Of a stretch of DNA of 64,000 nucleotides, positions 1 to 12,997 are shown one piece after another. Every line of letters begins with the position of its first letter. Within the stretch, counting starts at the first letter, position 1. The notes under the pieces are model-generated. The model ran no database searches. It worked only from the letters and a program-made list of their open reading frames with translations, and had not been told where the DNA came from. The DNA is taken from the NCBI RefSeq assembly GCF_035084215.1, contig NC_090328.1, positions 65,472,001 to 65,536,000 on the forward strand, written 5' to 3'. Source of the DNA: Heptranchias perlo. Its lineage: Eukaryota. The position numbers and the translations under genes were made by a program.

Positions 1-550
1 GAGGGGGAAATTGTTGGGGGGAGATATTGGGGGCTGAGAGAAACTTTGGAGAGGGAGACATCGGGGGGAATTGTTCCATCTTCAGAGATGGGGACATCGA
101 ACATCGGAGCAGGGGGAGTGCAGGTGACATCGGTGGAAAGGTAGGTTTATTTTATTTTTTAACTTTGTGCAATAGTTTTTTATTTAACTTATTTTGTTAT
201 ATTTTTGCCTGATCTGGCCCTTCACGCCTGGTTTCGCCAGGCGAGAATCGGAAGCCATGCGAAAGCCGCCCAGATATGTTTAAAATCGTTTTAACTATCT
301 ACTGTGTCAGAAATAAAGCACCTTAAGTATCTCAATGAGGTACATTTGGTTCTTTAACTATCATCCAGCTGACTTTAATTGCCGGCGGGACTTCCGCATT
401 TGGGAAGCTCGCGCGTATACAGGCGCGTCTGGGAAACCCAGAAGTCGGCGGGTTGGGGCCGGTTTGTTCACCCACTGGGGATTTTCCCAATTTTTGCAGC
501 CCCCCCACCCCACCCCCAACGCACCCGCAATTTGATTTGAAAATTGGGGC
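1..550 (-). mobile_element. Terminal part of a non-autonomous PIF/Harbinger-type TIR element, inserted into CR1 ORF2
   Basis: About 370-550 is the reverse complement of the Harbinger terminus at 20829-21010 (shared GACTTCCGCATT, GCGCG and CCCCCC blocks). It ends in ...GAAAATTGGGGC. GGGAGACATCG repeats at 1-140 resemble those in 59844-60607. Confidence 0.7.
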
Positions 551-3200
551 TATTTATATCTACTATATTACTCTTGACTACTCTTTCTGTTACTTCTTCA
601 AAGAATTCAATAAGGTTGGTCAAGCTTGACCTTCCCTTTTGAAATCAATGCTGACTACTATTTATTATATTTTTGTTTTCTAGATTTTTTTCTATTACAT
701 CCTTGAGTAAAGATTCCATTATCTTTCCTATCACTGATGTTAAGCCAACTGGTCTGTAGTTCCCTGGACTTGTTCTATCTCCCTTTTTAAATATAGGAAT
801 AACATTAGCTGTCCAACAATCCTCTGGCACTATTCCCTTTTCTAATGAATTTTTATATATATGTAACAGTGCCTCTGCTATCTCTTCCCTAACTTTTTTT
901 AATATGCGGGGATGCAATCCATCTGGACCAAGGGTTTTATCCTCTCTGAGTTTTATTAGTTTATCAATTATCTCGCCCCTTTATATATTAAATGTCTTTA
1001 TACCTTTTTTGACTGCCTCTCCTAATGTCGTATCCAACTTGTTAAATACTGAGGCAAACTAATTATTCAATATTTCTGCCATTTTGGTGTCATTACCTGT
1101 GAGTTTATCTTGTGTATCCCTTAGTGGTCCTATCCCTATCCCTATTTCTTTTGTTATTTATGTGTCTGTAGAATACTATATTATTTCTTTTTATATTCCT
1201 TGATAATTTAATTTTGTAATTCCTCTTTGCTTTCCTAATTGTTTTTTTGACATCCTTCCTAACCTCTTCGTATTCCCTTTTATTATCCTCTCCTTTATTG
1301 TCCATGTAGTTATAGCATGCCTTTTTTTTAGTTTCAATTTACCCTTATCTTTTTATTCATCCATGGTGTTTCATTATTGGCTAGTTTATTCTTGTTTTTT
1401 AGAGGAATATATTTCTCCTGAACTCTATTGATCACCGTTTTAAATATTTCCCACTGCTGTTCTATCTCTTTGTCTGTCAATTATTTTTTTTCCAGTTTAC
1501 CTGCCTTAGTTCCATTTTCATCCCCGTAAAATTAGCTATTTTCCAATTTATTACTTTGGGCTTTGTCTTACTTATGTCTTTCACAATCATTATTTTAAAC
1601 CTTATGATCGCTATTGCCTAGATGTTCCCTTATGCTTACTTCTCTTATCTGCTCCAGTTCATTTCCCATTACTAGATCCAGCAGTGATTCCTCTCTTGTT
1701 GGGCTTTGCACATGCTGGGTAAGAAAGGATTCATGTACATGCTATAAAAAAATTCCATTCCCCTTTCCCTACCTCCTCTTTCCAGTTTATTTGGGTGTAG
1801 TTGAAATCTCCCATGAATATTATTCAATATTTTTTACTCATTTCATAGATTTGCCGACATATTTCTTCCTCCATTTCCCTTCCACTATTAGGTGGTCTGT
1901 AGAATATACCAATTAATGTGATCGATCCCTTCTTATCCTTTGTCTTAATCCATATGGATTCTGTTTCTATCTTAATATTACATATGTCCCTTTTTTCTAT
2001 TGCCATTATGGTATCTCTAATTAGTACAGCTACTGTACCCCCTTCTTCCTTCCCTATCCTTTCTGAATACATAATATCCTACAATATTTAACTGCCAGTC
2101 CTGTTCTTTATGTAGCCATGTTTCAGTTATCCCTACCTCATCTGGCTCCTCGCTACGAATTATTGCCTCCAGCTCCCCCATTTTGTTTTGGATACTGTGC
2201 ACATTGCTGTACAGGCAATTTCATTTGTTTTTAATAATTGTTCCCTACACTTTATTTTTAACAGTCATTTTGTACTCATGTTCTATAACTGTTTTTGTTC
2301 CCTGACCGTTTATGTTATCCTTATTCCTTACCTTGGTCTGACCTTTACTCTCATCTCCTATTTCTTTTATCTTCAGACTTATGTTATTTTTACCAGATTC
2401 CTCCCCCCATCTTACTAGTTTAAAATCCTATCAACAGCCTTATATATCCTTTCTGCTAGGACACTAGTCCCATTCCCAGTGGTGCAGCTCCTTCCTGTCC
2501 CAGTATTGGAGCCAGTGTCCCATGAAATGGAACCCCTCCTTCCTATACCAGTCTTTCAGCCAGACATTCACCTTTCTGATCTGATAATCCCTATGCCAAT
2601 TAGCATGTGGCTTGGGTAGTAATCCTGAGATTACCCACCCGTGAAGTCCTGTTTCTTAATTTAGTTCCTAACTTCTGATATTCCCTCCTCCCTTTTCTGC
2701 CCTATGTCATTGGTCCAAACATGAACCACGGCAACTGGATCTTCCCCTTCCCATTCCAAGTTCCTCTCCAGTTGCTCTGATATATCCTTTACCCTTGCAC
2801 CAAGTAGGCAACACACCCTTCTGGACTCTCGGTCGCAACTGCAGAAGACTCTATCTATCTCCCTAATTATCGAATCCCCAATGGCTGCACTTCCCCACCC
2901 CCTCCTCCCTTGTACTGCCTCCTGCTATGGTTAGCATTCTGGCTGTCCACCCTGCAACCTGCACCCTTATCCTCACAGGTAGCAAGTACATTGCGCCTAT
3001 TGGAGAGGACCAGTGTCTGCTGGACCTCCTTCTCTATCTCCCCTTGATTCTCCTTACCCGGCTGACTCACAATCACACTTTCCCCTTCCTCTACCTGTGC
3101 TTTCCTCTGAGATGTGACTGTACTCTGGTGAAAACTATCCTAAAATTCCTCCCCCTCCCTTATGTGTCTGAGCGTCTCTAACTTGCACTCTAGCTTAATA
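551..3200 (-). mobile_element. Degraded CR1 LINE: ORF1 (esterase-like part), endonuclease and N-terminal RT of ORF2
   Basis: Minus-strand peptides PDEVGITETWL..DWQLNIVGY (EN), LIGIFYRPPNS, and VPEDCWTANVIPIFKKGDRTSPGNYRPVGLTSV (RT N-term). DWYRKEGFHFMGHW near 2510-2555 is typical of CR1 ORF1. Many stops and frameshifts. Confidence 0.9.
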
Positions 3201-3349
3201 TATCATGCACTATTCATTGGTTTATAAGATGAGACCTTCTTCAGACTTTCAAGAGCTAAAAACTATAGTAAGATGATGATTTATCTATACGTAAATTGTT
3301 AATGACTGTTTGGTTTGGTGGCACAAGATTTGTGTAGCAATTTCTTTAA

Positions 3350-3640
3350 TCAATTTTCTCCCTTCCCCTGTTCTCTTGAAGGTGCTGCTTCCTATGTTCT
3401 ATGAGTGCTGGATGTTCTGTTTGTCATTCAATACTTATATGTGAGCCTTGACAGTGAATGTTGGCAGGTTAGTCAACAATGGAGGGCAACACATCTGAGC
3501 CCAAGCCTGTCCTCACTTGACATTCATACTTTTCAAATGGGGTTAACTAGATAGCAATCCAAAGACTTTCCTCTCACATGACAAGAGGTGCTAAGATCAA
3601 TTGTGGTGCCTCTAACTCTGTCCTGGCTGAGATGTTAGGA
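3350..3640 (-). mobile_element. Ancient tRNA-derived SINE body (AmnSINE2-like)
   Basis: Homologous to 10055-10395 and 55745-56085 (shared AATTTTCTCCC..CTCTTGAAGG, GAGCCTAGACAGTGAGTGTTGGCAGG and GAGCCCAA..CTGTCCTCAC blocks). The family name is from recalled consensus. Confidence 0.6.
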
Positions 3641-3669
3641 ATCAGTGTGTACTTTTAAGAGAAATAATT

Positions 3670-4453
3670 TCAGAATGAGGGAAAATGCTTTGTGGGGTGC
3701 CTCAGGGGTTGGTTCTCAGATCCCTACTGTTTCTAATTTATGCTAACAACTTGTTTACAAAAACATAGTGTAAATTGGTTAAATTTGCAGATGATGCCAA
3801 ACTAAGAGCTGCAGTCCAATCTGAGGAGGCAGCTCAGGGACCTACAAAATCAATTGGATTTTTTTTGTAAATGGGAGAACAATGGCAGATAAAATATAGA
3901 CAAGTGTAAAGTACTGTACAAAAGGAGAGAAAATGGGCTACAAGAATACTTGTGTACAAATAGAGTGAAATTAAAAGAGATCTTGGGGCTTCAGTAGATT
4001 TGATGCTCGACATTTCCAAAAAATCTACTGTGGAACTACAACTAAAATGATGAGCTAAATACCCAATTCAGTACAGACAAGTAAGAGGCAATCATTTTGA
4101 AACTGGTCAGATTACATCTTGAGTATTTAGTTCAGTTCTGGTCACCAAGACACAAAGGTTACATTCCAGCACTGGAGCTAACTCAGAGAGGCTGATCCTT
4201 GACGTGAGATGCCTGAGTTATGAAGAAAGACCGGACGAACTTGTACTTTTCAGCCCTGTAAAGAGGCGATCAAGAACAGTAAACGGTACAGAAAAAGTAA
4301 ATCCAGAACACTACTTCAAACTAAACCATGACAACAGGACAAAGGGAGCACAGATTTGAACTAGGCACATTTATGACTGATGTTAGGAAGTTATATTTCA
4401 AACAAAAAATTGGAATGGTGGATAGTGGAGGCAAAATCCCTATCATTATTTAA
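3670..4453 (+). mobile_element. Old, highly decayed CR1 RT/3' region, left part (continues at 6350-6445)
   Basis: Remnant GVPQG..LLFLIY..KFADDAKL. The sequence ...ATTTAAGAAA resumes after the young CR1 as AATGATTGGATG...CTGGATGGATGA, matching the uninterrupted relative at 59470-59580. Confidence 0.75.
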
Positions 4454-6349
4454 GAAATCAGGAGGGCAAAAAGGGGACATGAGATTGCTTTGGCAGATAA
4501 GGCAAAGGAGAATCCAAAGAGTTTCTACAAATACATAAAGGGCAAAAGAGTAACTAGGGAGAGAGGAGGGCCTCTTAAGGATCAACAAGGTCAGCGATGT
4601 GCGGAACCACAAGAGATGGGTGAGATCCTAAATGAATATTTCGCATCGGTATTTACGGTTGAGAAAGGCATGGATGTTAGGGAACTTGGGGAAATAAATA
4701 GTGATGTCTTGAGGAGTGTACATATTACAGAGAGGGAGGTGCTGGAAGTCTTAACGCGCATCAAGGTAGATAAATCTCCGGGACCTGATGAAATATATCC
4801 CAGGACGTTATGGGAGGCTAGGGAGGAAATTGCGGGTCCCCTAGCAGAGATATTTGAATCATCGACAGCTACAGGTGAGGTGCCTGAAGATTGGAGGGTA
4901 GCAAATGTTGTGCCTTTGTTTAAGAAGGGCGGCAGGGAAAAGCCTGGGAACTACAGACCGGTGAGCCTGACATCTGTAGTGGGTAAGTTGTTAGAGGGTA
5001 TTCTGAGAGACAGGATCTACAGGCATTTGGAGAGGCAGGGACTGATTAGGAAGAGTCAGCATGGTTTTGTGAGAGGAAAATCATGACTCACGAATTTGAT
5101 TGAGTTTTTTGAAGGGGTAACCAAGAAGATAGATGAGGGCTGTGCAGTAGACGTGGTCTACATGGACTTTAGCAAAGCCTTTGACAAGGTACCGCATGGT
5201 AGGTTGTTACATAAGGTTGGATCTCACGGGATTCAAGGTGAGGTAGCCAATTGGATACAAAATTGGACTGACGACAGAAGACAGAGGGTGGTTGTAGAGG
5301 GTTGTTTTTCAAATTGGAGGCCTGTGACCAGCGGTGTGCCTCAGGGATCGGTGCTGGGTCCGCTGTTATTTGATATTTATATTAATGATTTGGATGAGAA
5401 TTTAGGAGGCATGGTTAGTAAGTTTGCAGATGACACCAAGATTGGTGGCATTGTGGACAGTGAAGAAGGTTATCTAGGATTGCAACGGGATCTTGATAAA
5501 TTGGACCAGTGGGCCGATGAATGGCAGATGGAGTTTAATTTAGATAAATGTGAGGTGATGCATTTTGGTAGATCGAATCGGGCCAGGACCTACTCCGTTA
5601 ATGGTAGGGCGTTGGGGAGAGTTATAGAACAAAGAGATCTAGGAGTACAGATTCATAGCTCCTTGAAAGTGGAGTCACAGGTGGATAGGGTGGTGAAGAA
5701 GGCATTCAGCATGCTTGGTTTCATTGGTCAGAACATTGAATGCAGGAGTTGGGATGTCTTGTTGAAGTTGTACAAGACATTAGTAAGGCCACACTTGGAA
5801 TACTGTGTACAGTTCTGGTCACCCTATTATAGAAAGGATATTATTAAACTAGAAAGAGTGCAGAAAAGATTTACTAGGATGCTACCGGGACTTGATGGTT
5901 TGACTTATAGGGAGAGGTTGGATAGACTGAGACTTTTTTCCCTGGAGAGTAGGAGGTTTAGGGGTGATCTTATAGAAGTCTATAAAATAATGAGGGGCAT
6001 AGATAAGGTAGATAGTCAAAATCTTTTCCCAAAGGTAGGGGAGTCTATAACGAGGGGGCATAGATTTAAGGTGAGAGGGGAGAGATACAAAAGGGTCCAG
6101 AGGGGCAATTTTTTCACTCAAAGGGTGGTGAGTGTCTGGAACGAGCTGCCAGAGGCAGTAGTAGAGGCGGGTACAATTTTGTCTTTTAAAAAGCATTTGG
6201 ACAGTGACATGGGTAAGATGGGTAAAGAGGGATATGGGCCAAGTGCAGGCAATTGGGACTAGCTTAGTGGTATAAACTGGGCGACATGGACATGTTGGGC
6301 CGAAGGGCCTGTTTCCATGTTGTAAACTTCTATGATTCTGTGATTCTAT
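4454..6349 (+). mobile_element. Young 5'-truncated CR1 (HER1-like) LINE with an almost intact RT ORF2
   Basis: ORFs 4490-5086 and 5096-6262 are in the same frame, separated by one TGA in the KS(C)LTNL motif. Motifs YMDFSKAFDKV, GVPQGSVLGP and KFADDTK are present. The 3' tail is TTCTATGATTCTGTGATTCTAT. Confidence 0.95.
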
Positions 6350-6445
6350 AAATGATTGGATGCCATGATTGAGAAGGAATCTTTCTGGATGGATGAGATA
6401 AAATAAATGGAATGGCTTTCCTTATCTTTATCTATCTTGTCATCT
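6350..6445 (+). mobile_element. 3' end of the old CR1 interrupted at 4453
   Basis: Aligns with the tail of the related copy at 59485-59582. Confidence 0.65.
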
Positions 6446-6525
6446 TATGCTGACAGCATGGACTTGGGATTGAATCTGGAACCTTCCTGGTCTATATGGC
6501 TCCATAACTCAGTGAGGCACTGGGG
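6446..6525 (-). mobile_element. SINE head fragment (AmnSINE2-like)
   Basis: The reverse strand reads GCCATATAGACCAGGAAGGTTCCAGATTCAATCCC (B-box-like), similar to the head at 56030-56075. Confidence 0.45.
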
Positions 6526-7604
6526 GATCTTGCACCACTGTATATCTAAGATAGGTTGGGGCAGATTTTCCTCTTTGTTGCAACAATGGTGGATTTTCAG
6601 TGTGCAGGACTTCTGGCTCTCCCTTGGCTGCACCTTGACCCTGGGTTGATTTCCTGGAATTAGAGTGATTAAAATAATTAGGATTGGGGTCATTTAGGGC
6701 ACCTCTGGAGGGCCCGCCTCAGGTGAGGGGAAGGGAAACTGTTGCGGCACCTTGTTGTAGCATTGTGTGGCTAATGATGCCAGCTGAAGATCCTAAAAGT
6801 AATTTGTTTCTCTTGGGCTTTGAATATGCCTCTTTGACTAATCCCCCCTTCCTCGTCATTGCCTAGGAATGCACTGGCACTCCTGGCACCCAGGAATATT
6901 CCCCTTATTTGTGTCTATCGGCAGAAGATCTTCAGAAGTGACGTCAGATTCTGGGAAGCTGGTGGAACCACCCCCCCCCTCTAATTTTCCTCCCCTGCCT
7001 GGCCAGCTTACACAGGTTTGCAAGTGTAACTGAAAAGAAAATTTGGCCTGGCTGTGTTTATTTTTCATTTATTCTCACCATTTCTACTTGTGATCCCAGT
7101 TCAGTAGATTTAATTCAGACTTATCCAACAACATTTTCCAGTCCAGGTGCTCTCTGTTACTATTAAAATCAGATTGAATGCAAATTGGATTGGTCTGAAC
7201 TGGCTCCAATCTACTTACAGTGTACTTTTGGCTCTGCTCAAGGCATGTGTCAGATAGCATTACATTTCTGGCTGACAGGTGGACTGTGGTGTAATCTGAG
7301 GCATGATAGGAGCAAGGATTCAAATTGGACTCTTTACATCAGCCCGAAGCTGTATTTAAAACAATATCGGTAGTTGGCAGTGTTTACTCTGAACTGACAG
7401 TGGTTATATAATTTGGTCAAATCAAAAGGGCTGTAAAGTCAGAATGAACGTCCATGCAACAAAGGCTGGAGTTCCTTGAATGAGTACAAAAATTAAAATT
7501 AAATTGAGACAAAAAAGAAGCATGTGACAAATCTAGGGCTAATAATGCAAAAGAAAATTAGGCTGATTATAGAAAATATAGAAGGGAAGCAATAAGAAAA
7601 TGTA

Positions 7605-7820
7605 TCCAGAACTGCCCGATTTGATGAAGAAAGCTTAGATATTTTACTGCAAGAGGTGCAACAGATGAGAGTATCCATATCTGGGACTAAATAGAACCCA
7701 CATCTCTGCCACAGTGAGCAGCAAGCATAGCAGGAGGTGGCATAGTGTCAATGCTGTCTCCTAAATCCATAGGTCATGGGAACAGATGAGTAAAAAATAT
7801 TTTGGAAGAGTGCCAAGATA
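7605..7820 (+). pseudogene. Fossil Harbinger Myb/SANT DNA-binding gene fragment
   Basis: Manual translation RTARFDEESLDILLQEVQQMRVSISG...QA*QEVA..VNAVS*IHRSWEQMSKK follows the MSANTD/NAIF1-type trihelix pattern. Stops and frameshifts are present. Confidence 0.7.
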
Positions 7821-7869
7821 AATGTAGCAAAGGTTTGCCAATTCTAATTGTCTCCAGCCTTTGCATGTG

Positions 7870-8200
7870 TGCTCCTAACATGGCGCAGCATCAGTAAATG
7901 ATCATGGGGAAGCACAGACACAGTCTTTCAGATCTTTCACACCTGCACTTGCATACCCAGTCTATCTGCTCCTTCAGATAAAGGTGAGACTGTGGACTGC
8001 TGCAAAATGAATGCAGTATGGCAGCTACCAGGGTATTGTGCATTAACTTGCATGATTTGTTTCTTATAGTCCTAGACCACCTGTATATTAATGGAATGGA
8101 AGCCTTTCCTATTCATGTAAGCTGTGATATTCAGGGCCTGAATGGCTCCATGATTACCATCAGTGAGGCCATGCAGTTTTGGGAAACTTGCCACTTGTTA
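7870..8200 (-). pseudogene. Fossil Harbinger (HARBI1-like DDE) transposase fragment
   Basis: Manual minus-strand translation of about 8175-7990: [69 protein letters not shown] and PGSxHD are hallmark motifs. Confidence 0.85.
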
Positions 8201-8614
8201 AAAGTGCTGTGCCCACTCGTGCTCCTGCCTCTTTCCATGGGGAAAGTGGTGAAAGTGTCTTAAATGCTTAGGGTTGTTTTATTTTCAGCTATGTTGTGTA
8301 TCTATCCCTCAAAGCAATGCATTAACTCATTACTTCTTCATTAAACCAAGAACACTTGCTTGGCATCAATTCAACATAAACAAAATGAAGAAACAAAATA
8401 CTCTTTGATATATTCAACTTTGGAAACCTGGGCTTATTGGTAACCTTCAAACAATTAGATCGAATGAAAGCACGTACTGGAATATAATTGTGCAACTGCT
8501 GTGGACAAATAGCCTGAAGTTATAATGCAAGTATTGAATGGCAGGAACCACAGTTTGAATCAACCACATGAATTGTGTTGAAGACCTCACAAACATGTTG
8601 GCAAACAAGTAATG

Positions 8615-8656
8615 TGGGAAAAGTAGAAGGAAATTGGGAAAAGTAGAAGGAAATTG
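8615..8656 (+). repeat. Tandem duplication of a 20-bp unit (TGGGAAAAGTAGAAGGAAAT x2)
   Basis: Exact direct repeat visible in the sequence. Confidence 0.9.
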
Positions 8657-10054
8657 AAGTGTCAGTCTTTAAAAAGCTTGTTGAAATAAATAATTTCACA
8701 TGATAGCATGTATGTTCCAACCAAAATTTTATTAACAAGTGCTGACATTTTACTGAATGCACCAGAAAATTCAAAACATACATTTGAAGCAACTTAAGTT
8801 CTGTTAGATCATAATGAAATTTGACTACTCTTGTCTCTCGAAATCACTGCCAGATAGGACTCTATTATATGTTGGCATATGTGGGATTTTGAAGTCACCA
8901 TTCCTTCCTACATACAATGTGGACTTTGAAGCCCATCCCCCTCCCACTGACACACAATGAAACAGTCACTTTTGCCTCAATAGTAATAGCATTAACTCCG
9001 CTTCTCATCTACTGCCGACAGTTACACAGCAGCGTATTTATTATGATTGCGCCGCTGCTCCTTGTTGTACAGATACATGATTTGGTGTAAACAATGCAGA
9101 TATTGATGTTTATTTTTGCCGGTATGGTTCTGCAGCTTTTTACTGAAACAACAACGGTTATCACCATTATTATTCAGATTTCCAGCATCAGCAGTCTTTT
9201 GCTTTTGTTTTAGTGGTAATATTATTACCCACCACTGAAATAGGTCTTTTTTTTTGCACTTGCCACACCATTAACTTCAAATCCATTAGTACACATTTAC
9301 AACACAATATTACAAAATGGCTAGCACTCACAGTCAATTAATGCATTCAGCGTTGGCAATGTAGTAATGTGAAAAAGGCATTAAAATTACATTGTTAGTC
9401 CTATGAAATGTCTGCAGCTAGTTCAGCAGTATTAACAGGGATGTAGTACAGCATATTTTGTAGTGTTAACTGAGAGCAGCACTACAGAAGGAGCTGCGTG
9501 GCTCAGCCAATCACAAATGACATGACTGATAGGACCGACAGTTGATCAACAAGTGTATGTGTGAGTTCCTACTGTAGATTCAGCTAATCTTCTACCAAAG
9601 AAGGCTGACCTGTTGATAATGGAAACAATTAGACTCAGTCCTCGTACTTGCCTTTTCCTGGATGGTCCTAAATATGGCTACTGCAGAAAAAAATAGCCTT
9701 TCCCTTTTTTCTAACATTCACTCTTTGCTTTTCTCTTTCTCTCTCAGCTGCAGTGCTTTTAATCTCACTGCCTTCTTCTTTGCTTTAACTGTGCTTCATT
9801 TTTCTCTGCTTTTAACCTGTCTTTTCCTGCCATCCACACTCTCACTGCTTTGGTTCCCTCCTTTATTTATCTTGTTGCCATTTCTTTCTATATTTTCTTC
9901 ATTCCTTTTGTTGTTTTTTTTATCTTGTTGCTATTTCCCTCTTCTTTCCTCACTTGCCAGCCTAAACTGACGGCACACTTTGGGACTATCTCTAACTGGG
10001 CTCTTGATGTGAGCAATATACTGACTCACTCTGTGTCTTGGTTGAAATTGAACA

Positions 10055-10395
10055 ATATATTTTCCCCAAATTTCTCCCTTCTCTTGAAGGCTCTGCGTCT
10101 TTACTGGGATATGGTTTATTGGGCTTTAGCAGGCTTCCTGTATTGTGTCAAAATGGCCATTCTTCATGTTTGAGCCTAGACAGTGAGCCAGATTGTGCCT
10201 ATACTTGACCTCCACATGCACACACACTTTCCAGTAGGACTCACTGAATAGCGCTTAGGAGTGGATCCCTCCCTAGCCATAGAGTTCCAAGGCCAATTGT
10301 ATTGTCTCTGCTGCCAACTTGGCTAAAATCAGTTACTTCAACATAGACCAGGATCGAACAACAACCATATTTGAAGTGAGTAATGCATTTCACAG
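10055..10395 (-). mobile_element. Ancient SINE (AmnSINE2-like)
   Basis: Homologous to 3350-3640 and 55745-56085. Confidence 0.6.
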
Positions 10396-11507
10396 ATTAG
10401 CAGGGTTTGCTATTTTCTTGCCTGTATTTGGCCTCCCATCAGGACTACCATTAAGCATAAAAATCACAGTAGATGTAGAAATACTGAATCTAAATCCAAG
10501 GTCCAAATTTACCTGATTGGTCATTCGTACTAATTGAGAGTGGGAGGTTAGGAGGGGTTGGTGAATACTGGCTTTGGAACATCAGTATTCATTTCCATTA
10601 CTACCTTCTTGTGGTGTTGGCAGTAGACCCAGATTATAATTGAAAAGTGGAGGTAATTAAAAAGGGAACACATCATTTACTTATTAATTATTACTTTGTC
10701 CTATGAGGGTTCAGTAGATTGCATAATATTATAGATATTTAATGTCATTATTCACAATCTTACAATTAATATTGATTGCATACCTGATGTACTGGCTCCA
10801 GCATCCTGAGATTTTTGTTGCCTATAATTACTAGTGCCCCTCTACTCAATGGGGTCAAATACAAAACAGCCAACTTCATTAATGAATCAATTTAATTGCA
10901 GTAATGCTGCTTCTCTTGTGTTGACACTTGGGTAACTTTTCAGTTTTGCTGGCAACTCACCTATCTTCCATCATTTTTTATTCATTTCCATAACTGATAC
11001 CATTGCCTTTATGTAACAACTATGAATTAGCAATGTTTTATTGGACTTTCACTACTACATATGATTCCAAATATCAGCCTAGAAATGATTGTTAGTATAT
11101 TAGCGTTTGAACACAACACATTCATGTGGCATTCTGCTATATGTTATTTTAATGGGTTAACACTTCCATTGAAATAACACAGAGGAATGTCATATGAACT
11201 AAAGCCTTTGGATATTAATATAACGAACAATAATTCCTATCTGATAGGACTTTTTTGGAAAATTGTCAACAATACCCTGATTCTTGGGTGTACTCAACCA
11301 AAGTAAATGTTACTCAGCATAAACGTTTCCAAAATAATGTTGAAGCAATGTATTTAATTGACAAAGTATTTTTTTTCTTATGTTTCCTAGTCCTATCCAA
11401 AAGGCACTGACCTGCTGGGTACGTTCTCCAGGTTCTCCAGGTGCCAGCATTCCTTTGTCTAAGTGCCAATTGTTCACATGTGAGGCTAGAAAGTAGTGCA
11501 GAAGTTG

Positions 11508-11856
11508 CATAGGAACATTAGGAACAGGAATAGGCCATTCAGCCCCTTGAACCCGCTCCCATTCATTTAGATCAAGGTTGATCTGTACCTCATTGGCGCT
11601 ATTTTCCCGCCTTTGCTCCATGTCCCTTACCAAATAAAAACCTATCTATCTCAGCCTTGAAAGCTCCAATTGTCCTGGCATCCACAACCTTTTGGGGAAA
11701 GAGTGCTCCAGACTCCTGCTGCCCTTTGTGTGAAAAAAGTGCTTCCTGAATTCACACTTGAATAGCCAAGCTCTAATTTTAAGATTATATCCCCTTTATC
11801 TTGATTCCCCCACCAGAGGAAATAGTTTCTCCGTATATATCCTATCAAATCCTTAT
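11508..11856 (-). mobile_element. CR1 3' end fragment
   Basis: Tail ATAGGAACATTAGGAACAGGAATAGGCCATTCAGCCC (reverse complement of a TTCCTATG-type tail) and remnant FFTQRAAGVWSTL. Confidence 0.85.
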
Positions 11857-12176
11857 CCACTATCAGTGCAAAGCCTTGCTAAACTCAAGTAACGGTTAGA
11901 GATCACCCTATGCCACAAGCATGCAATTAACAAATGTCTACACCAGCAGTGGGACCTTGTTTGTTCTGCCGCAATAAATTGCCTCCAAACAGGCCTCATG
12001 CTGGTAAATAACAAATCCAGAATGCACAAGAGGATTGTTTGGGCCTGTGGGACTGTTCAGTGTGACTCATTGCCTCTGGGAGAGGAGGAAAGAAACAACA
12101 AAAACAGACTATAAACATTAGAAACAACATTTCAGCCATAAGACTTTCTGTATGGCAATAATCAGATACAAACAAA

Positions 12177-12283
12177 GGCCGGGGTTTTCTGTTTCTGCGC
12201 TTGCAATTCTTGATTTGCCACCAATTCAATTTTACGCGCAGAAAATCACAGGCTGGCGAGCACAGCCGTGGAAAATCCTGGCC
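12177..12283. mobile_element. 107-bp MITE with Harbinger-type TIRs
   Basis: GGCCGGGGTTTTC ... GAAAATCCTGGCC (11/13 inverted match), flanked by AAA on both sides. Confidence 0.6.
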
Positions 12284-12879
12284 AAAGTTACACTTGCTAA
12301 AAATGGCAACTGGAATGAGTGAACTTTTCAAAGAGAGCAAATAAGTTAATCTTGACAGATTTAAGCCACTTTTCAGGTCATTTGTGCCAGCTATGAAAAT
12401 ATTACCGTACTCTGTCTCTCTTACATAGCCTTCATTAATTGCATTATTTAGCATCTGAAATGCATTTCAGTCCAACAGTATTAGTACTGTGATGTGTCCT
12501 TATTTCTATGGTATTGGTAACTAACTTTGAACAATAGAAAGTGAGCAATTGGCTTGCTTAAAGCAAGGAAATAGTATGAGCAAACACATTGCAACATTAT
12601 CATTGACTGTCAACATCGCCCACCGTACTGAGTGCTTTCAACTTTAATTTTTTGACTTTGTCCACTTGGCAGGGAGCCTTACTCCCCGGGAGCACATTCG
12701 GGTGTGCACTGCACACAATTTTCCAACCTAAATTTCCAGTATGTGCTCGTGCAGCTGCAACTCCCCATTGGGAGTGCAACTTAACAAAATTAACCCTTTT
12801 AGGATTGATTTTCCAATCACCTGCATAAGGGCAGCAGAAACACAACTGACACAGAGGCACCACAGAATTAGGAGAGCAG

Positions 12880-12997
12880 GTCATAGAATTATAGAATCAT
12901 ACAACACAGAAGGAGGCCATTCGACCCACCATGCTTGTGCTGGCTTTTTGAAAGAGCTATCCAATTAGTCCCACTCCCCTGCTCGTCCCCCATAGGC
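12880..12997 (-). mobile_element. CR1/HER1-type 3' tail fragment
   Basis: TCATAGAATTATAGAATCATACAACACAGAAGGAGGCCATTCG is the reverse complement of the (TTCTATGA)n tail and its stem-loop. Confidence 0.8.
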
